A stretch of DNA of 64,000 bases from Eutreptiella sp. 'Long Island Sound 2002' (lineage: Eukaryota; Protista; Euglenida): the NCBI GenBank assembly GCA_964036045.1, contig OZ038378.1:175584001-175648000 (forward strand). Reading direction: 5' to 3'. The position numbers were made by a program, and so were the translations under genes. Each line of letters begins with the position of its first letter. The stretch's first letter is position 1. Under the pieces are notes generated by a model. That model had not been told where the DNA came from and ran no database searches. It saw nothing but the letters and a program-made list of their open reading frames with translations. Of this stretch, positions 57,497 to 64,000 are shown one piece after another.

Positions 57497-58546
57497 TCAC
57501 GCCCGTTCTGCCTTCCTACCCCTCTTCCGGGGGTTGTCACTCACATCTGTGCTGTAATCCTCACGGTCCGCCCACCCCTGTGATCCCGAGCTCGTAGACG
57601 TCCCTGACGAATCCCTTTCACCAAACAGGCTCCCTGTGGTAAACGAGTGGCCGTTGTCACTGGCTTCCCCCTCCCCTGAGGACATCTCCTCGAGTCCCAA
57701 CTCCTCCCACTGCCGCTCCAGGCAGCGTCGTTTCGGGGGGGACTCTTCATTGTAGGGATGCAGCATCCTCCCCTGTTCCGCAAGCTGATCTGCCTGTTCA
57801 TTCCCCTCTACCCCTAGGTGGGACGGCACCCACCGCACCTGGAGCCGGTCACCTGCGAGCTCCCGCTCTGCTAGTACCGCAATCCACAGGTCCTTATGCT
57901 CCACGTCCTTTCCTGACACCCTCCACTGGTGGCGTTGCCACTTGCTGGACCACTGTGTGATCCCCTTGTACACATACTCTGAGTCCAGCACCACTACCAT
58001 GCGCTCTTCCCACCGCCGACCACGTACCGCACAAAGAACCCCCCTGAGTTCTGCCCTGCTCACACTTTGTTTCTCCCCCAGAGGGACGAACTCTGAGGCA
58101 TTCCGCAGGGCACTTGGCCCGTACCATGCCCCGAACCCTGCCTGTGCCCAGCCCCGTACCACTTTCGCTGAACCGTCTGTGTAGACCACTGTCCACCCCT
58201 CCCCCGCCATCGTATCCAGCTCTGCCACCATCTTTTCTTTGTACGCCCCCCACTTCTCCTCTTTCGCCTGCAGCTTATCCACTTGTGGCTTCCCGCCAAC
58301 TGTTGTTGGCTGTTGGGGCGGCCCCTGAAAAATCCCCGGCATTGCCGGGTTGTCAAACCACCCATCCAAAATTTTTATAAATAAAAACAGATCTCGGCGA
58401 GGCACTGACATGTTGGACTCGGCGCGCCAGCGCCGCAGGACCCCTGCCCACCCCGCAATAAATTCGTCCAGCGTTGCCGGTTGGTGCTGGTACTTCGCCC
58501 GGCACCGGAGGTTCCACTGTGCCTTTAGCCCCGCCCATAGCAGCAA
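57497..58546 (-). CDS. LINE ORF2: C-terminal type-1 RNase H and acidic tail
   Basis: YTDGS, RAELRGV, LDSEYVYKGITQW..KW..HQW, KDLW, WVPSHLGVEGNEQADQLA; the D-E-D-H-D residues are all present. Confidence 0.93.
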   Translation of the reverse strand: MLLWAGLKAQWNLRCRAKYQHQPATLDEFIAGWAGVLRRWRAESNMSVPRRDLFLFIKILDGWFDNPAMPGIFQGPPQQPTTVGGKPQVDKLQAKEEKWGAYKEKMVAELDTMAGEGWTVVYTDGSAKVVRGWAQAGFGAWYGPSALRNASEFVPLGEKQSVSRAELRGVLCAVRGRRWEERMVVVLDSEYVYKGITQWSSKWQRHQWRVSGKDVEHKDLWIAVLAERELAGDRLQVRWVPSHLGVEGNEQADQLAEQGRMLHPYNEESPPKRRCLERQWEELGLEEMSSGEGEASDNGHSFTTGSLFGERDSSGTSTSSGSQGWADREDYSTDVSDNPRKRGRKAERA

Positions 58547-58549
58547 TCC

Positions 58550-59494
58550 CTAGGTGGTGGTCAGTGAAAGCAGCGGGAAGTCCCGCAACAACCGACTGGG
58601 CTCCACCTGCACCCCCCCCCGACTCCACCAGCCCAAATGCCTTTCGTACTGTGCTCTGCATAAAGGCGCCGAACATACAATGGCGAAAAACGTGTTCGTG
58701 GTCTTCCACCCTCCCATCCAACGGACACAGCTTGCCCCCCAACCGCTCCATTCGCGTCCCCAGCGGCAACTTGCGCCACAGGGCGCGGCGTATGAAATCC
58801 CGGTCCCACTTTGGCAGAAACAGTTGCCCAAACGTCTGCCACACCTCCGGTGGCTGTCGCGGCTCATGCCGCCGCTTGTGCTGCATATACAGCAGCATTT
58901 TCCGTGTTACCCAGTTGAATACCCATCTCCCCAACTCTGGACCCGCATATTGCGGCTGAGCCCCCGGAGGCGGCGATAACAGCCGGTGTACCCCCTCAAG
59001 GTACACCCCCTGCCACGTGGGCGCAATGCTGTCATACAGGCTCAGGGGTATCCCCCCCCCTTCCACTAGGTCTACCCACCGTAGCACTCCTTTCTTTAGC
59101 AGGGCCGGACAATGATACGTCAAGTGAAAGGAGTTAGCAAACAGTGCATTGTGCCAAACCGGCATCAAAGGTAGTCTTGCTGTTGGAGGGGGGGGGACGC
59201 CCCCCCCCCCCCCCCCCACCTGCGTACCGCTGAGTAACTCTTCAATGAACCTTGTAGAAAGGAGGGTACCGACAATGGCAGCGGGCTCATCTGAAAAAAT
59301 GGGAGGAACTCCTCATCAAACAACATCCCCTGCATCCCCGCCCACCTGCGAAAAGGCCCCACGTGTCGCTCTGGAAACCGCGACGGCCTCTGCACATATT
59401 GGGCGAACGTGTGACTGTGGGTCCACTGTGCGTATGAGGATAGGCTCGCCTGTCCCAGGCCCCCCTCCTGGGGGGGGCGCACCAAAATCGACAT
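58550..59494 (-). CDS. LINE ORF2: post-RT region and CCHC zinc finger (frameshifted)
   Basis: RPPQEGGLG; LWRKLPLGTRM...CPLDGRVEDHEHVFRHC. Confidence 0.8.
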
Positions 59495-59509
59495 TGTGAG
59501 ATCCCACGC

Positions 59510-60551
59510 CCAAGTATCTCACGTTCCTCTTTACCATCACCCCCGCCACTGTCTCCGGCTGGGGGTCGAGCCCCGGACTCTTCAGGATGGCATATGTTTT
59601 TTTAGCGTTCACCTGGAGCCCAGAAAAAATCCCAAAAACCCGCAACCTGTACATCACCACCCGCAGGTCTCTTCGGTGTTGTAGTCCACATCCTGGCACA
59701 CAGAAGAGGATGTCATCTGCATATAGCAGGATCTGCACATCGACGTGCAGGGATTTGATGTCATAAATGAGAAAAACAGTAATCACATCAAATAGCAGCG
59801 GAGACAGCGGGTCCCCCTGCCGGATCCCTGACCTAGGGTGCAAAAACACTGACGGCTCAAACGTGCGACCCACGCAAAAAAGAACTGGCGCTGCCATCAC
59901 CGACAACAGCAGCTTCACATACTGTTCCTGCAGCCCTAAAAACCGCAGTGACGCTTCCATCATTGTGAACGTCACCGAGTCATATGCCTTTCGAAAATCC
60001 ACTGCCACCATGATTTGTTCTGGGAGCCGCTCCCACTCCGACCGTGCATATACAATGTGGTCTACCATGTGCCGTCCCGGTAAAAAACCCTTCTGTTCTT
60101 GTGGAATCAGCTGCTGCAGTGCATCTATGGTCTGGAGCAGTATTACTGTCGAAATCCACTTCAGGCACGCATTTTGCAGTGCCAGTGGGCGCAAGTCCTC
60201 CGGCCTCTCCGCCCCTGCAAATTTCGGTAGGCACTTTAAAAGAGACGTGCCCCAACTGTCCGGTACCCCCCCCCTGGCCAGAAATACGCGCATGACGTCA
60301 TGCAGCTTGGGGGCAAACACCTCAGGCATCACCTGATATACCTCTGCTGGGATGCCGTCCATACCCGGGGCCGAGCCCCTTTTCATCCGCTCCAGCCCTG
60401 CCACCACGATGTCTGCACTCAACTCCCTAAACAACAGGGGCATCGCCTGCCGTACCCTCTGGGGTATTGGCAGTGCTTCAATATACCGCTGACACTCTTC
60501 AATCCCTCGTCCCCCCCCCCCATCACCCCCCCCCAAAATTCTTGCAGGCAA
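59510..60551 (-). CDS. LINE ORF2: reverse transcriptase core
   Basis: APGMDGIP, RPLALQN..LKWI, QKGFLPGR, VDFRKAYDSV, GIRQGDPLSPLLF, YADD, VRYLGV. Confidence 0.95.
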
Positions 60552-61348
60552 CGCGCCACTGCTGCAGGGGTCTCGTGAAGCACCCCCGCCCGGTCCCGCA
60601 CTTTCGTCAAGTACTGCCGCTCGCGCAGCTGTCGCACCAACTCAAAGATGCGTGTGCGGCGTTCCGACTGCCGCCGACTTCTCTCTTCCCTTGACAACAG
60701 CTGTGACCGAAGCTTGGTCACCATTCTCTCTTGGAACTCCTCGTGTTGCTCCTGCGACTGCAATCGCACCAGCCGCTTGTACGCCGAGGACACTGTGGGC
60801 TCTTCGTAGCCCAGGTCCTGCAAAAACTCAACAGCACCCGGCGCAAGCCGCACCGGCGTACTCTCCCGCACCAGAGCCTGCAACTGTGTGAAGCCCACCG
60901 TCGGATGTTCCCGCCGCCAGCCTACTGCCTCATCCCGCAGCAACACCCGCACGCTGTCCCACCAGGCCTCTGAATCTGGGCATGCAACTGCCTGCAGCTT
61001 CTCCTGCAGCGCCGCAAGCGCTGCCGGGTCCTCCAGCAGCTCCAACGGAAAACGAAATCGGGGGCGATCCCCATGGTCTTCCACTGGCCCAAGCTGCACC
61101 ACTACCGCCTTGTGGTCCGCCGGGGTGGCCACCGTATACACCGACCGCAGATAATGTAACGCTTGCGTTGGCATATGCACCCGATCAATGCGCCGTTCTA
61201 CTCTGGTGAATCCCCGCAGTTCCTCGCGCCGCTCCCCATGTAAACGCACCCACGCATCCTGCAGGGCCCACGCCCCCAGGACTGACCCCTCCACTTTCCT
61301 TGCTGACACTACTGTCGATATCTCCTTGCTGATGGCCTCGGAGTCCAC
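60419..61348 (-). CDS. LINE ORF2: C-terminal part of the AP endonuclease and linker
   Basis: GFTRVERRIDRVHM...TPADHKAVVV matches the APE RIDR...SDH motifs; frameshift at the C-runs near 60511-60534. Confidence 0.8.
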   Translation of the reverse strand: MDSEAISKEISTVVSARKVEGSVLGAWALQDAWVRLHGERREELRGFTRVERRIDRVHMPTQALHYLRSVYTVATPADHKAVVVQLGPVEDHGDRPRFRFPLELLEDPAALAALQEKLQAVACPDSEAWWDSVRVLLRDEAVGWRREHPTVGFTQLQALVRESTPVRLAPGAVEFLQDLGYEEPTVSSAYKRLVRLQSQEQHEEFQERMVTKLRSQLLSREERSRRQSERRTRIFELVRQLRERQYLTKVRDRAGVLHETPAAVARCLQEFWGGVMGGGDEGLKSVSGILKHCQYPRGYGRRCPCCLGS

Positions 61349-62279
61349 CAAGGGCGTAGCTTATATAAGGGGGGGGGGGGGTAGCAGTGCACATTTTTTT
61401 TGCGTTTGGCCTCCTTTTTCTTTTTTTTGGAGGGGGGGGTGTTTCATTCATTATGGTGTGAAAAGGACCTAGGGTATCTTGGACTTTGCAGTCCATACCT
61501 ACACGGGCACACAAATGTGGAGCAGTTGGACTCTGGGATTGCAGTCCATAGCACAGACAAGCACCAACAAGCAAGAGTATCATATGGTTCAGGCCTACCA
61601 GTGTTTCAACAAATCAGTTGTAAATTCGTCCATAATAATGCACATGGCACATGAAATGCTGAAACACTGATGCAATTGGCAAAATGGCCCTACCACTTAT
61701 TCATAAAACCGGTTTGTATATTTGTCGATATTAGTGCACATGGCACATCAGATGCTGGAGCAATGGCAAAGCGCTGTAAAAGCATGCAACAACCAGCAAT
61801 ACAGCACGTGCACATGCTTAGCAACTGCACCTGCACCCTCATTCGCATTAGGAATGGCACAAGAAGGGGAGCTGACACAGCTTGCCCTGCATCAACAACA
61901 TGGGCAGGGGGAGCTGAGGGTTTGGCGAGCCAAAGGTTTCATCGCACCACCAACCAAGGTCAAGGGCTTTGGCTAGCCCATAAATGTTCATTGCAAAAGC
62001 ACAGGACAAAGATATCATATCAATCGAAAAAGTGAAGCAAGGAGGGCAACCAAGAAACGGGATGCACCATGCAGTACAAGTGTGTTCAAGTCAGAAGGGG
62101 GGGCGAGGGCAAAAAGGATTATTTCAATTTTTTGCAGGTCTCATTTTTGTGAAGGGCACGCAGCTGAAAATTAATAGTTTTGCCTTTTTTTTCCGGTAAA
62201 ACGACAGCCTATGCCGATGAATTAATGGTTTTTTTTGCAAATAATTCATATTGGCACAGTATGTACAACGTCGACGTTT

Positions 62280-62402
62280 GAGTGAGTGAGTCAGTGCATG
62301 AGTGACTGACTCAGTGAGTGACTGAATGACTGAATGACTGAATGAGTGACTGACTGACCGACTGACTAACGGACTAAATGACTGAGTGAGTGAGTGAGTG
62401 AG
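62280..62402. repeat. (GAGT/GACT)n tetranucleotide microsatellite
   Basis: About 30 mixed GAGT/GACT/GAAT units. Confidence 0.85.
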
Positions 62403-64000
62403 AGAATGGGGTCCGAAAATCACCTTCATGATGCGGCTTGTAAGCCAAGTCTCAATGATATCTTCGCTCCTTGTATGTGCACGTGCTGCTTCTATGTCAA
62501 TGTTTGCTCACAAGGAAATTTCGGCAATGTACATTAATGGGGCCGCAGGCATCACCTTATGCCGGAATCTGTCATTTCCGCATAAAGTCTGTGTAATCGT
62601 AATTTCAAAGAAAGCTGGTCCGCGTTTGTGGCTCAACAAACAGGCAGTATCATCATAAGGATCAAAGGCGGCGTCAAAGGAGAGGAACGATCCAAGAATC
62701 ATTGAGAAAGCAATTTTCAACGCAATAGGGGATTGAAATGAGGGAATCTTTCCAATGAAGACAGGGAATATAGTCCGCCACACAATCATACAGGTGTGTC
62801 TGCCACAGCCAAAGGCCATGCCACACAATGACATCAGACAAAGACTCAGATTTGTGGACACCACCTACCTCCCCCTCACCCTGGACCCTAACCCAATATA
62901 GAAAGGACTCCAAATGCTGTAACAGCATGCATGCAAAGACATCGCACTACTGGATTCCACTAGATGCTTGCACAACATTCCACCAGATGCTTGAACGGCA
63001 TTCCACCAGATGCTTGGAGTCTTTTCACGTTGATCATGATCGCAACAGAGGAATGAACAAGTTGGGGGTTGCTTCAATTGTTTCAATTTTGGTTGACCGC
63101 AGGCTCAGCACAAGGTGCTGGCCTTGCAGCAGGCGTAGCAGTTCGTTGACTTCCATTCTCAATGCCTTCAAACCATCAAGACCATCGCGAATGACATCAA
63201 CCCCAAAATTCCAGTCATCACAAAATGAATCAACCTCATCACCACTGGACAAATGCTTTTCATCAATGGAATCATGCAAAATAACACTAAATTGTTCAGG
63301 TTCCATCCACGCCAACTGGACACAAAGCACAACAATGAAGGGGGCGGCATTTGGGGAAGTTACCGCGCAACACACGCACAGCACATGCACAACGCTTTGT
63401 GACCATGGTGGCTAGAGCTCACAGCCCATTGGAGAGGGTATAGGAAACTCTATCCCCACTAAATGCACGTGATAAGAGGGTCCAACAATGGAGAGACAAA
63501 GAGCACAAAGCAAAAGGGCCCCCGAAACACCGCAAAAACACTTCCATGCCATGCAACAACACACACCTATTGCAAAAAGAGGGAGCTCGATGCACCAAAG
63601 TGCACCTCCAGTGGCCTATGCTCCATTCCTCTGCATTCAATTCTGGCGGGGGGGGTCCGAAGCAGCCGAATGCGCACCGCATGGTGCACCCCCATTGACT
63701 TTGTGATCCAAATACATCAGACCCGGACATTTGGTGTAAAATGGTGGATATTTGGTGTACAATGGGGCGGGGGATTAAGATGAACACGACATGCTTGACA
63801 CAGCTATGCTTGGCAGTCACAGTCAGGGCGAATGTGTTGGTGACACAGCCACACAACTTTGAATTCATAGTTTGAGAAAGCTCTGCATATGTATCCCATG
63901 GAAGCACCGTGCTCCAATTCAGTGCAGCCGGACCGTCTTTCAGGATTTGTTGGTTTCTGTGGGGATTCTTTTACAATTTGTACAGCCACATCGGTGGGCC

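Larger units (their letters stand above)
56927..61348 (-). mobile_element. L1/Tx1-like LINE, 5'-truncated: APE(part)-RT-zf-RNase H, 16-bp TSD
   Basis: CAAGGGCGTAGCTTAT at 56911-56926 and 61349-61364 brackets the APE, RT, GGLG, CCHC and RNase H segments in order. Confidence 0.93.
56581..61381. mobile_element. TA-flanked poly-C MITE (~365 bp when empty) interrupted in its right TIR by a LINE
   Basis: Left C10-TTGTATAAGCTGCGC at 56582-56606; right GCGTAGCTTATATAA-G13-TA ending at 61383 (2 mismatches apart from C-run length). Confidence 0.75.

Overview
Repeat-rich, intron-rich eukaryotic nuclear DNA, not prokaryotic. It is most likely from a photosynthetic euglenid such as Eutreptiella. That is an inference from GT-N-TG-Y splice donors, AG acceptors a few bases upstream of start codons, a bipartite-presequence-like N-terminus and satellite motifs I recall from euglenid assemblies. 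I hand-assembled three spliced protein-coding genes, all on the minus strand, with every junction GT-AG and phase-consistent: (1) a 5-exon small heat-shock protein with a probable plastid presequence (6768-12554, 275 aa); (2) a 2-exon TEX264-like protein with a TM segment and GyrI-like domain (17178-20561, 193 aa); (3) a TPR plus split-SET/MYND (SMYD-type) lysine methyltransferase with at least 13 exons (24393-54748, 5' end tentative). Introns and intergenic DNA are packed with mobile elements. Three head-to-tail, 5'-truncated non-LTR retrotransposons sit at (CA)n junctions and carry an unfamiliar C-terminal Cys/His domain (37175-46398). An L1/Tx1-like LINE with C-terminal RNase H has a 16-bp TSD, no poly(A) tail and a tRNA-like segment in its 3' UTR (56927-61348). 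Several MITE-like TIR elements occur, two of which carry tandem satellites. Most long ORFs in the supplied track are repeat-derived or antisense shadows. No CRISPR array, rRNA or intact tRNA is supported.
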